Shown piece by piece: positions 40,423 through 48,887 of a stretch of 64,000 bases of DNA. The notes beneath the pieces are model-generated. The model did no database searches, was not told the DNA's origin, and saw only the letters and a program-made list of their open reading frames with translations. The stretch comes from a bacterium (GTDB lineage: Bacteria; Patescibacteriota; Minisyncoccia; Sungbacterales; HO2-52-23): positions 4,312-68,311 of the forward strand of contig JAUYPE010000002.1 of assembly GCA_030697705.1 (NCBI GenBank). The letters run 5' to 3'. Made by a program: the position numbers and the translations under genes. Numbering within the stretch: the stretch's first letter is position 1; each line of letters opens with the position of its first letter.

Positions 40423-41070
40423 TTATTTTTTGCGCGCATGGGCATCGGCTTCACGATCCTCGTCCGCCGCACGCCACAAGTACCACGAGGCAACGGATGC
40501 ATGCGCCCGCCACGGCACGGCAAGTTTTTCCATGCGCTTTTTATCCGGCAATGCTTTCAGTCCGTAGACAATCTGAAACCCTTTGCGAATACCGAGATCG
40601 CCAGTCGGCAGGATGTCGGGACGATTCATGGTAGAAATCAGAAACATGTGTGCCGTCCACTCGCCGATGCCTTTTACCCGCGTCAGATGCCGGATAATCT
40701 CTTCATTTTTCATTTTTTTGATCGCGCAATGGCGGATCGTCCCGTCGGAAAACTTCTCCGCCAGATCGCGGAGAGAGCCCGCCTTTTGCGCGGAAAGCCC
40801 GCTTGAGCGCAAGAGCTCCACTGGCAGAGCGCTCACCTCCTTCGGTGTGGGAAATTTTTTCTTATTTCCAAAAAGAGAGAGGAAGCGGGTATAAATCGTC
40901 TCCGCCGCCTTACCGGATAGTTGCTGATGGATAATGGAACGTACCAGCGCCTGAAACGGATTTTTTCTCACCGCCATGTCGGGAACGCCGTGCTTTATGA
41001 TCAGTCGGGCAAAATATCGGTCTTGCTTGAGTATCTTTAACGATTTGTTCGTTTTGTGTATTTTCTTCAT
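40423..41070 (-). CDS. alkA: DNA-3-methyladenine glycosylase II
   Basis: SIIHQQLSGKAA; KGIGEWTA; DLGIRKG. Confidence 0.9.
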   Translation of the reverse strand: MKKIHKTNKSLKILKQDRYFARLIIKHGVPDMAVRKNPFQALVRSIIHQQLSGKAAETIYTRFLSLFGNKKKFPTPKEVSALPVELLRSSGLSAQKAGSLRDLAEKFSDGTIRHCAIKKMKNEEIIRHLTRVKGIGEWTAHMFLISTMNRPDILPTGDLGIRKGFQIVYGLKALPDKKRMEKLAVPWRAHASVASWYLWRAADEDREADAHARKK

Positions 41071-41119
41071 AAGAACTCTTGCATGCTCTCCCACGACATG
41101 GCAGCATGACTTCGTTAAC

Positions 41120-41151
41120 AAAAGACCTCATCCATCGCGGGTGAGGTCTTT
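41120..41151 (-). terminator. Terminator of paralog A
   Basis: AAAGACCTCA/TGAGGTCTTT stem. Confidence 0.7.
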
Positions 41152-41190
41152 ACAACAAAACAAAGCTGGTTCAAAAACACTCCGGAACTG

Positions 41191-41730
41191 TTACATCATC
41201 TGCTTCGGAGGCATCATCTCCTGCCCACCGGCATCCGGACTCTTTGATGGTACCGAACAAGTACGATAGAATTTGAAACCGATATAGAAGCCCCACAAGA
41301 CAACTGTACCAAAAAGATTCAAGAAGAAGTGAAGCCACGCTAAGTCAACGAAATTACCAAGAATACCAGGTGTTCCCTGCATGCCCGTCTGAAGATGCTG
41401 ATAATATTTAATGATATGTTCAAAGAAATGATAACTCTGGAGAATGGTCGCGAAGAAAAAAAGCTTGTAAAGAACTTTTTTATTCCTAGCTTCTTCCGGC
41501 AATCTTTGCAGGATAAGCCAGAATCCTAACGTGAACAGAAAGTCGTAAAAAAAGTGCACCGACTCAAGATCAAACTGACCGATTAACCCATGCGATCCGT
41601 CTATGCCAAGATCCAGGATGGCATACTGATAGATAATGGTGAAGTGTTCCATCATGTGCGCCGTCTGCGTAATAAGAACGATTCCATAAATAGCACAGAA
41701 CATACCTATGCTTTTATTTTTCATAATCAA
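41191..41730 (-). CDS. His-rich membrane protein, paralog A
   Basis: Internal two-fold repeat Q..H..EH...YQ...G..G...HF. Confidence 0.75.
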   Translation of the reverse strand: MIMKNKSIGMFCAIYGIVLITQTAHMMEHFTIIYQYAILDLGIDGSHGLIGQFDLESVHFFYDFLFTLGFWLILQRLPEEARNKKVLYKLFFFATILQSYHFFEHIIKYYQHLQTGMQGTPGILGNFVDLAWLHFFLNLFGTVVLWGFYIGFKFYRTCSVPSKSPDAGGQEMMPPKQMM

Positions 41731-42090
41731 GAAAAAACACTTTTTATTTGGATAATTACATGTCTGATGTTAAGGATATCATGAAATTTTTTCCCCTGCC
41801 AAAAAAGTTATCCACAAGGAACAACAGGGACTGCCTACTAAGGGATGGGGGAACAGATTCGCGCGAGGGAAGCAGTCGTATGAAAGAGCGCATCTATCAC
41901 ACCGATGGACGACACGGGCACTACACCCATAAACGAATCTGCTGATGTACAGAAGCATTTCTACCAACCTTCCCTACCGGCTCATTCAAGAAATTCTTTC
42001 TTAATCATCTCTACATTTTTACTATTAACCCAAATTAGGGGAAACGAGTTTCAAAGAGATGGTGTACAAGAGGAGAACGCTAACAAAAAT

Positions 42091-42122
42091 GAAAGGTCTC
42101 ATCCATTACGGATGAGACCTTT
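42091..42122 (-). terminator. Terminator of paralog B
   Basis: AAAGGTCTCATCC/GGATGAGACCTTT stem. Confidence 0.7.
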
Positions 42123-42158
42123 CTATAAACGCCGGTTCAGTAATATTCTGATACACGA

Positions 42159-42689
42159 CTACATCTGCGCTGGAGGCGTCATTTCCTGTTTGTCCATACT
42201 GAAACTTTTTGATTCCGCTGAGCAGGTGCGATGAAACTTAAGGCCTATATAGATAACCCACAAGATAACCGTACCGATGAGATTCAGAGTGAAATGGAAC
42301 AATATTAGGTTGATGTGGTTTCCCAGAAAACCGGGGGTTCCTTGCATACCCGTTTGAATATACTGATAATATTTAATGATGTGTTCGACCATGTGGTAGC
42401 TCTGGACAACGACCCCAAAGACAAGAAGATTATACAAGAATTTTGAGGAGTCCTTGGCTTCTTCCGGCAATCTTTGCAGGATAAGCCAGAATCCTAACGT
42501 GAACAGAAAGTCGTAAAAAAAGTGCACCGACTCAAGATCAAACTGACCGATTAATCCGTGCGCAGGATCCACGCCAATGGCATACTGATAAACTTGGACG
42601 ATGTGCTCCAACATGTGAACCGATTGCACGATAAGCGTGAAACCGAATAGAGCACAGAACATACCTATACTTTTATTTTTCATAATCAA
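42159..42689 (-). CDS. His-rich membrane protein, paralog B
   Basis: Tandem paralog of 41191..41730 with the same motifs. Confidence 0.75.
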   Translation of the reverse strand: MIMKNKSIGMFCALFGFTLIVQSVHMLEHIVQVYQYAIGVDPAHGLIGQFDLESVHFFYDFLFTLGFWLILQRLPEEAKDSSKFLYNLLVFGVVVQSYHMVEHIIKYYQYIQTGMQGTPGFLGNHINLILFHFTLNLIGTVILWVIYIGLKFHRTCSAESKSFSMDKQEMTPPAQM

Positions 42690-42979
42690 GAAAAAACACT
42701 TTTTATTTGGATAATTACATGTCTGATGTTGATGTTAAGGATAGCATGAAATTCATGTGCTCGCTAAAAAAGTTATCCACAAGGGATACTAATGCTCATC
42801 CGCCGGAGTTCTATGAAACCTTTTTCTCTATTGGCTCATGCTCAACTCCAAAATCTCCCGCCAAACAGGATAAGAGTTTCCAATCGTCAAAACGGCGAAC
42901 CGTTTCGACCCGCATTTTCCCCCTGCCTGTGTCATAAATACTTTCGGGCCGTGGGGTTTTCTATAAGAAACACTAAAGT

Positions 42980-43081
42980 TTAAGGAACCCATATCTGAAA
43001 CATGGTATAGAACCAGTGCCAGCTAGCGGAGAGGCCAATTAATATGGCAGTCGCGATCAAAATATTTCTTAAGCTAAACAT
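42980..43081 (-). CDS. Possible 33-aa membrane peptide
   Basis: Hand translation MFSLRNILIATAILIGLSASWHWFYTMFQIWVP. Confidence 0.35.
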   Translation of the reverse strand: MFSLRNILIATAILIGLSASWHWFYTMFQIWVP

Positions 43082-43391
43082 AAGAGTTGAGGAAGCCCCA
43101 TTATGAGCTTCACTGAAGAAGTTAGTGTAAGTTAATTGCGTGCCGCACTATTTTTTGTGAGATATGAGACGTATGACCCGATCACCCGTGGGTGATCTAC
43201 GCACATATCACCTGCACCAGTATACCACAAAAACACGGCATCTTGGTAGAAGCACACAAACACAAGGGAACTATTTTGAGTAAGAAGACCGCGGAGGCGC
43301 TGGACTGCATGAGGACCACTTTGGTGCGAAAAAGGTCTCTTTCTTCCTTCAACAAAGGCCCTTTTTGATTTCATCCCTCATGCTACCGCTC

Positions 43392-43901
43392 TTATACCTT
43401 ATCCCGTCGCGCCTCTTGCGCTTTGCGAATGTTTTTCTTCTGGGCGCGCCGCTGTGCAAGGGTCGGCTTTTCTTTCTCCGGCACGTTTCTGCGGGATAGC
43501 GCCATGAACACATCGCCTTTCTTGTGGACAACCGGACCCCGAATCTGCTTCAAAAAAGAGTCCTTTAGCTTCGGATTATCAATAACAAGCTTGCCACCAC
43601 TCACATGAGCGTCTTTTTTGGCAATGAGCCACGTTGCTGTATCCCAGCTGCCGCTCGAGCGCCTACCCGCTATACGCTCCAAATGCCCTTTTACTCCCAC
43701 ATCTTGGGTTCTAAACCTTATAAACTCCCCTTTTGGCCGAACTTCAATCCGATAAAATTTCCCGCCACCCGCACCGGGACGCTTTCGCGCCCACCCACTC
43801 GGTTGCGCCAGACTATGTTGCCGGTGGGACATGCCGCGCCATCGCGCCTGTGCTTTTTTGATGTTTTTTCTCGCCGCACTTTTTTGTTGTGCCGTAGTCA
43901 T
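43392..43901 (-). CDS. Highly basic hypothetical protein
   Basis: Terminal repeats ARKNIKKAQ and QKKNIRKAQ around a core FRTQDVG...GSW. Confidence 0.75.
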   Translation of the reverse strand: MTTAQQKSAARKNIKKAQARWRGMSHRQHSLAQPSGWARKRPGAGGGKFYRIEVRPKGEFIRFRTQDVGVKGHLERIAGRRSSGSWDTATWLIAKKDAHVSGGKLVIDNPKLKDSFLKQIRGPVVHKKGDVFMALSRRNVPEKEKPTLAQRRAQKKNIRKAQEARRDKV

Positions 43902-44035
43902 GGTAAGAAAAAATAACGCACGAAAGTTGCTATTCAGACGAAACTGCTGTTAGCATGCGCGACCTTTAATGCTTTGCTTTGACTCTAGAATAGCACTAAC
44001 CGCAAAACTTTTCATTTCCCATTCATACCATGTTG

Positions 44036-44106
44036 CTGCGGGACTAGGATTCGAACCTAGATTAACGGATTCAGAGTCCGTCGTCCTACCGTTAGACGAT
44101 CCCGCA
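44036..44106 (-). tRNA. tRNA-Gln(CTG)
   Basis: Cloverleaf TGCGGGA...CTCTGAA...GGTTCGAATCC...TCCCGCAG; CCA not encoded. Confidence 0.95.
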
Positions 44107-44140
44107 AATATTATGCTGACATTTCTCCCCCGATAAGAGA

Positions 44141-44164
44141 AAAAGCGTCACGAATGACGCTTTT
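44141..44164. terminator. Terminator-like hairpin
   Basis: AAAAGCGTCA-CGAA-TGACGCTTTT. Confidence 0.65.
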
Positions 44165-44207
44165 GACTATAGCACGGGAAGGAAGGATTTCAACCTTTCT
44201 CCTCCGC

Positions 44208-44849
44208 TCATTCCGATTGGTTCGTCTCTCCGACTTTTTTCTTGAGCTCCTCCCATCTGCGAGGACTCATGAACTCAAGCTCCGTTGGAAAGCGACTACC
44301 GTAGCCCCGCTCCTTCTCCTGCCATTCTTGTAGTTTATGGGCAACCACGCGGTCTATGGCAGTAAAAAACGAAGTGTCCTCAAGGTCTCTTCCACTGCGC
44401 CTGTTCTGCATCGGTGGCAGGTTTGTAGGACGCAGATCAAGGATCTTTTCTATCTCATGGGCGATTTTTTCCGCGGGGTATGCATAGTCCCCCACTCCCC
44501 GCCCCATGATCATCTTCACATCATTCTCAATTTGCCGAATATGCTCATACTTTGAGGCGGACTCCTCAAGCCACTCCCCCATTTTGCAAAAAAAAGCCCT
44601 GACCGCCTCGGCTTCTTCCCGCGTCTCCGCCTCCAGTGCCGATTGTATCTCTTCAACGCTCCTTCCGCTTCGTGCGGCAAATTTTTGCCTATCTTCCTCA
44701 AATCCCTCTGCAACATCTGCTAGCCCCTCTCCACGATACTTCTCCGCCGCATGTCCAAACAACAACGCAAGCTGCTGGTCCGACCTCGCCATCTCACCAA
44801 GCTCTTGAGGGTTCACTTGTCTCTCCCCGTAGAGTTCATGTTTTTCCAT
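44208..44849 (-). CDS. Hypothetical charged helical protein
   Basis: Long ORF with no recognised motif. Confidence 0.65.
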   Translation of the reverse strand: MEKHELYGERQVNPQELGEMARSDQQLALLFGHAAEKYRGEGLADVAEGFEEDRQKFAARSGRSVEEIQSALEAETREEAEAVRAFFCKMGEWLEESASKYEHIRQIENDVKMIMGRGVGDYAYPAEKIAHEIEKILDLRPTNLPPMQNRRSGRDLEDTSFFTAIDRVVAHKLQEWQEKERGYGSRFPTELEFMSPRRWEELKKKVGETNQSE

Positions 44850-44901
44850 AGTGGGAAATAACACCTACTTATATGATAATACTATTTTTTATTTATGTCA
44901 A

Positions 44902-45810
44902 CTATACTTTCAGATATCGGCGAACGGCGAATACGCTGGAGAGTGAACCGAGGATGACGCCAAACGCGGCGAGAAGCCCAAAGAACTGGAGAAAATTGGC
45001 AGCAAAATAATGATAAAGGTCAAATGAGGGCACCAGAAGAAGTAGCTTGGGTGCGATCAGCCAGGTAATCGGGAGGAAGGCGAGCACCGTCGCGACGGCG
45101 GCAACCACGCCGTAGAGCACCCCGTTCACTAGAAACGGCCCGCGGACAAACCACGAGGTGGCGCCGACGAGGCGCATGATGCTGATTTCTTCGCGCATGG
45201 TAAAAATGGCGATGCGAATGGTATTAAACGCCACAAGCACGGCGATGAAAGCGAGAAAGAGCGCTATCAATGCTCCCCCACCCCGCACGGAGGCAAGAAT
45301 AGAGGAGAGGCGATCAATGACCGTTTGATTCTCAAAATAATTAATTTTCTCTACAATCGGATATTTTTTATTTACCAAAAAATCGCTGATGGCGGCGTAG
45401 TGCCTCGGATCCGTCGCACGGATATTAATACTCGCCTCCAGCGGATTCTCACCCACCTCCTGCAAGGCGGAGGCGATGAGTGCGTTATCCTTGTGCGCCT
45501 CCTGAAATACCGCAAGCGCGGCGTCACGGGAGACGAAGGTGACGGCTTTAACGTCGGGTAGTTTTTCCACATCTTGTTTGACCGCAAGCATTTGGTCGTC
45601 CGTCGCGCCCGGCATGAAGTAGACGGTAATATCAATCTTTTGCTCAAGCGAGGTGATAACGGAGTTCATCAGCGCGTTCACAAACAACAAACTCCCCATG
45701 ACGAAGAGCGTCAACGCCATGACCATAATAGTCGCCATAGAAAGCCAGCCATTGCGCCAGAAGCTGACGAGACCCGCATGAATTGTCCGTTTGAGGGTAG
45801 TGAAAAGCAT
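44902..45810 (-). CDS. ftsX: Cell division permease FtsX
   Basis: SFWRNGWLS; ENPL; FNTIR..I..REEI.IMRLVGA. Confidence 0.93.
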   Translation of the reverse strand: MLFTTLKRTIHAGLVSFWRNGWLSMATIMVMALTLFVMGSLLFVNALMNSVITSLEQKIDITVYFMPGATDDQMLAVKQDVEKLPDVKAVTFVSRDAALAVFQEAHKDNALIASALQEVGENPLEASINIRATDPRHYAAISDFLVNKKYPIVEKINYFENQTVIDRLSSILASVRGGGALIALFLAFIAVLVAFNTIRIAIFTMREEISIMRLVGATSWFVRGPFLVNGVLYGVVAAVATVLAFLPITWLIAPKLLLLVPSFDLYHYFAANFLQFFGLLAAFGVILGSLSSVFAVRRYLKV

Positions 45811-45822
45811 AGATTATTATTC

Positions 45823-45930
45823 TGTCATCCCGAGCAGAGCGAGGGATCCCGTACGATTTCAATATACTAGTATTGACGGGATTCCTCCCTCACAGGACGC
45901 CTGCTGGCAGTCACTTCGTTCGGAATGACG
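45823..45930. repeat. GTCAT...ATGAC palindromic repeat, copy 5
   Basis: TGTCATCCCGAGCAGAGCGAGGGATCCCGTACGATTTC...CGGGATTCCTC[same insert as copy 4, reversed]CGGAATGACG. Confidence 0.85.
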
Positions 45931-45957
45931 GAATAGAGACAACTACACAAGGCCTCC

Positions 45958-46638
45958 TTACAACAAATACTTTCCGTTCTGCTCGTCGCTGATAATCTCG
46001 CCGTGGTCTAAAACAACCAACCGCTTGCCGATGGCATTGACGACCTCTTTGTTGTGCGAAGCCAGAAGTATCGTCGTGCCAAGCTCGTTGATTTTCTGAA
46101 GTAGTTTCATTATCTCCCAGGTATTGACAGGGTCAAGATTGCCCGTGAGCTCGTCTGCCAGAATCACATCCGGACGATTGACCAGCGCCCGTGCGATGGC
46201 AACGCGCTGTTTTTCGCCGCCCGAGAGCTGGTGGGGATAGTTTTTCATCTTGTCGCCAAGACCAACCACATCAAGTGCTTGAGGCACATCCTCCTGAATT
46301 TCTTCGTCCAGCCGCCCCGCCGCCTCCATGGCAAACGCAACATTCTCGTACGCCGTCTTCATCGGCAATAATTTATAATCCTGAAAAACGGTACCGATTC
46401 TCCTCCGCACATGATGCAATCGCCGCCGTGGAATAGAGGTAATGTCAATCCCGTCAAGATAGACATGTCCCCCGCTCGGGTCTTCTTCGCGCAAAAGCAG
46501 GCGCAAAAGCGTCGTCTTCCCCGCCCCCGACGCGCCCACGAGTGAGACGAATTCTTTGGGCTCAATGCGCAGATTGATGTTTTTTAGCGCAATCGCGTCG
46601 TGGCTGTAAATTTTAGAAACATCATCAAAGAAGAGCAT
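45958..46638 (-). CDS. ftsE: Cell division ATPase FtsE
   Basis: GASGAGKT; VFQDYKLL; LSGGEKQR; adjacent to ftsX. Confidence 0.94.
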   Translation of the reverse strand: MLFFDDVSKIYSHDAIALKNINLRIEPKEFVSLVGASGAGKTTLLRLLLREEDPSGGHVYLDGIDITSIPRRRLHHVRRRIGTVFQDYKLLPMKTAYENVAFAMEAAGRLDEEIQEDVPQALDVVGLGDKMKNYPHQLSGGEKQRVAIARALVNRPDVILADELTGNLDPVNTWEIMKLLQKINELGTTILLASHNKEVVNAIGKRLVVLDHGEIISDEQNGKYLL

Positions 46639-46641
46639 GAA

Positions 46642-46673
46642 GAATGCTGAATGACAAATGTAAAATGCTGAAT
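46642..46673. repeat. Heptamer-periodic inverted repeat, left arm
   Basis: GAATGCTGAATGACAAATGTAAAATGCTGAAT. Confidence 0.8.
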
Positions 46674-46680
46674 AGAGAAG

Positions 46681-47037
46681 TTATTTCTTGGAGTTTAGAA
46701 TAATTTTTGAGAGGATTCGTACGATCTGATCATACTCATCCAACATTTTCACATGTTGATCCTTGGAAATCAAACAAAGATCGGAAACGAGACGGATCCA
46801 AAACATCATTTCTATAGCAGATTTTCTCGCTAGGGAGATGAACTGAATAAATTCTTTCTTTGAGACTCCACCACTTCCCTCAAAGAGATTTGCAGGAATA
46901 GAACTTGCCGCCTTTACCATTTGTGACGACAGTACAAAACCTTCACTGTTTCTTGGAAAATTCCTTGTCGCTAGGATAATAGACAGAGCAAAAGTATAAC
47001 ACCTCTCCTGAATATTCTCTGCCTTATTATTCAGCAT
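46681..47037 (-). CDS. Four helix bundle protein (23S rRNA IVS protein/Avd-like family)
   Basis: FPRN.E.FVLSSQMVKAASSIPANLFEG.G..SKKEFIQF..LARKSA.E. Confidence 0.9.
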   Translation of the reverse strand: MLNNKAENIQERCYTFALSIILATRNFPRNSEGFVLSSQMVKAASSIPANLFEGSGGVSKKEFIQFISLARKSAIEMMFWIRLVSDLCLISKDQHVKMLDEYDQIVRILSKIILNSKK

Positions 47038-47060
47038 TTTGCATTTATCATTTATCATTC
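47029..47060. repeat. Heptamer-periodic inverted repeat, right arm
   Basis: Reverse complement GAATGATAAATGATAAATGCAAAATGCTGAAT; 28/32 identical to the left arm. Confidence 0.8.
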
Positions 47061-48152
47061 TCTCTTATCTCCGCATCTATAAACTCATCCAAGTCGCCGT
47101 CAAGGACTTTATCAATTTGGGAGGTTTCTATCTCTGTGCGGTGGTCTTTGACCATTTGGTAGGGATGCATGACATACGAGCGAATCTGGCTTCCCCACTC
47201 AATCGCCACCTTTTCATTGCGCACGCCACGGCGTTCTTGTTCCTGCTGGAGTAATTTTAACTGATAGAGCTTTGCCCGCACAAGCTCCATCGCCGTGTGA
47301 CGGTTTTGATCCTGCGATCGCTCGGATTGCGATGCGGACTGCAGTCCCGTGGGAAGATGGGTAATGCGAACTGCCGTCTCGCGCTTGTTCACATTCTGCC
47401 CGCCCGGACCTGAAGAACGGAAGAAATCAATCTTCAGATCTTCGGGTTTGATTTCAACCTCTTCAGCCGCGACGAATCCCGGCATCACGTCCACCAGCGC
47501 AAATGAAGTATGGCGCAAATCTTGCGAAGAAAAAGGGGAGATACGGACTAAACGATGCACTCCCGCTTCTTTTTTCAAATACCCGTACGCGTAGGGCGCT
47601 TCTATTAACAATGTGGCGTTCTTAATCCCCCATCCTGAAGGCCCACCCTGCTCGCCGAAGTGCTCGTGGATTACTTTGGTCCTCCACCCTCGATGCTCGC
47701 AAAATCTCCCGTACATCCGCCACAAAATCGCCGCCCAATCCTCCGCATCACGCCCACCGGCTCCGGCATAAATGGACAAAGCCGCGTTGCCCTTATCGTA
47801 TTTTCCCGCAAAATAAAGCTCCGTCTCCACATCCTTCATCTCTTTCGCTAAAATTTCCACCCGGTCGGCGATTTCTTTCTCCAGCGCGGCATCTCCGCCG
47901 CTCACTGCCAAAAGCTCCTGCAAACTCCCCGCCTCGCTCGTGAGCCGATCCCACCGCTCTATTTCGCGCTTGAGCACGGACAACTCCTGCGCGCGCTCCG
48001 TCGCATACTCGCGACGATCCCAGAATCCCGCCTCCTGCATCTCATGTTCTATTTTCAGAACTTCTTCACGCTTTTTGAGTACCTCAAAGCCGGTCCCGAT
48101 ACATCGGGATGTCAGCCATTAATCGCTCAAGTTTTTCCCCTGTTTCCTGCAT
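47048..48152 (-). CDS. prfB: Peptide chain release factor 2 with programmed +1 frameshift
   Basis: SPF and GGQ motifs; 22-codon ORF from ATG 48152 ends at CTT TGA (48089-84) and the +1 frame continues EVLKKREE...MQEAGFW. Confidence 0.95.
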
Positions 48153-48217
48153 GAGGACAAGTGTACCACACCGTGAGAAAACAAAAAAGGGCGCACAGAA
48201 TCTCCGGCGCCCTTGTC

Positions 48218-48688
48218 TTAACTGTTTTTACTGCGGTATGGGGGGAAATATTCCTCAAGCGTTTGACGAATCCACTGTTGTTGTGCTTGAGAAAAATTTT
48301 TCATCCGTGTTTCCCACCGATGCTCCTTCTGCTCTATAAGCTCCCCTAATACTCGGGTATACACCTGCAAGGTTCTTGGAAGCCTCCTCAACACCCAACT
48401 GCTGTGCAGACTCCCTTCCGTGAAAAGCACCCACGCCATTGCGGTAAAAAGGTGCCTATCGCGGCAACTCGCCATGATACGGGTAACCTCCTTCCACTGT
48501 CCCCCACGCCAGAGATACAGAAACTTCTCATCCGGCACGATACCTCGTTCTTTTATCTCGTTCAGTGTCATGTGCCACACAATAAAAACCGCATCTTCTC
48601 CTCTAATCACCGCGTACAAAACACTCTCAAACTTCCCAAAATCTATTTCTCCTGAGCCGCTCATTGCATCCATCTCCTCTAATAACAA
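48218..48688 (-). CDS. Hypothetical protein
   Basis: ORF co-oriented with its neighbours and followed by a hairpin at about 48188-48213. Confidence 0.5.
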   Translation of the reverse strand: MLLEEMDAMSGSGEIDFGKFESVLYAVIRGEDAVFIVWHMTLNEIKERGIVPDEKFLYLWRGGQWKEVTRIMASCRDRHLFTAMAWVLFTEGSLHSSWVLRRLPRTLQVYTRVLGELIEQKEHRWETRMKNFSQAQQQWIRQTLEEYFPPYRSKNS

Positions 48689-48785
48689 AGAACCTTAAGC
48701 CAACCAGTACGCGGAAATCATCATTTTTCAGGTAAGAAAATAATCGCCTCCCCGACCGCGAGTTCACAGGACGAGATTATTCTCA

Positions 48786-48857
48786 AGCCGGAGGGGAGGA
48801 TTGAACTCCCGACCTACGCGTTACGAATGCGTCGCTCTACCACTGAGCTACTCCGGC
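48786..48857 (-). tRNA. tRNA-Thr(CGT)
   Basis: GCCGGAGTAGCTCAGTGGTAGAGC...TTCGTAA...GTTCAATC...CTCCGGCT. Confidence 0.95.
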
Positions 48858-48887
48858 GTTAATTTTACCGTATACTCACTCCTACTA

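Noticed and set aside
41820-42090. Structured ncRNA between the paralogs
   Set aside because: Only short, mutually crossing helices compatible with chance
15540-45930. CRISPR array or integron attC sites
   Set aside because: The repeats are dispersed, not tandem with spacers; no cas or integrase gene and no clear RYYYAAC/GTTRRRY ends
46681-47037. Diversity-generating retroelement (Avd-like gene)
   Set aside because: No reverse transcriptase and no template/variable repeat pair with adenine-specific differences; the 41-42 kb paralogs differ at all base types
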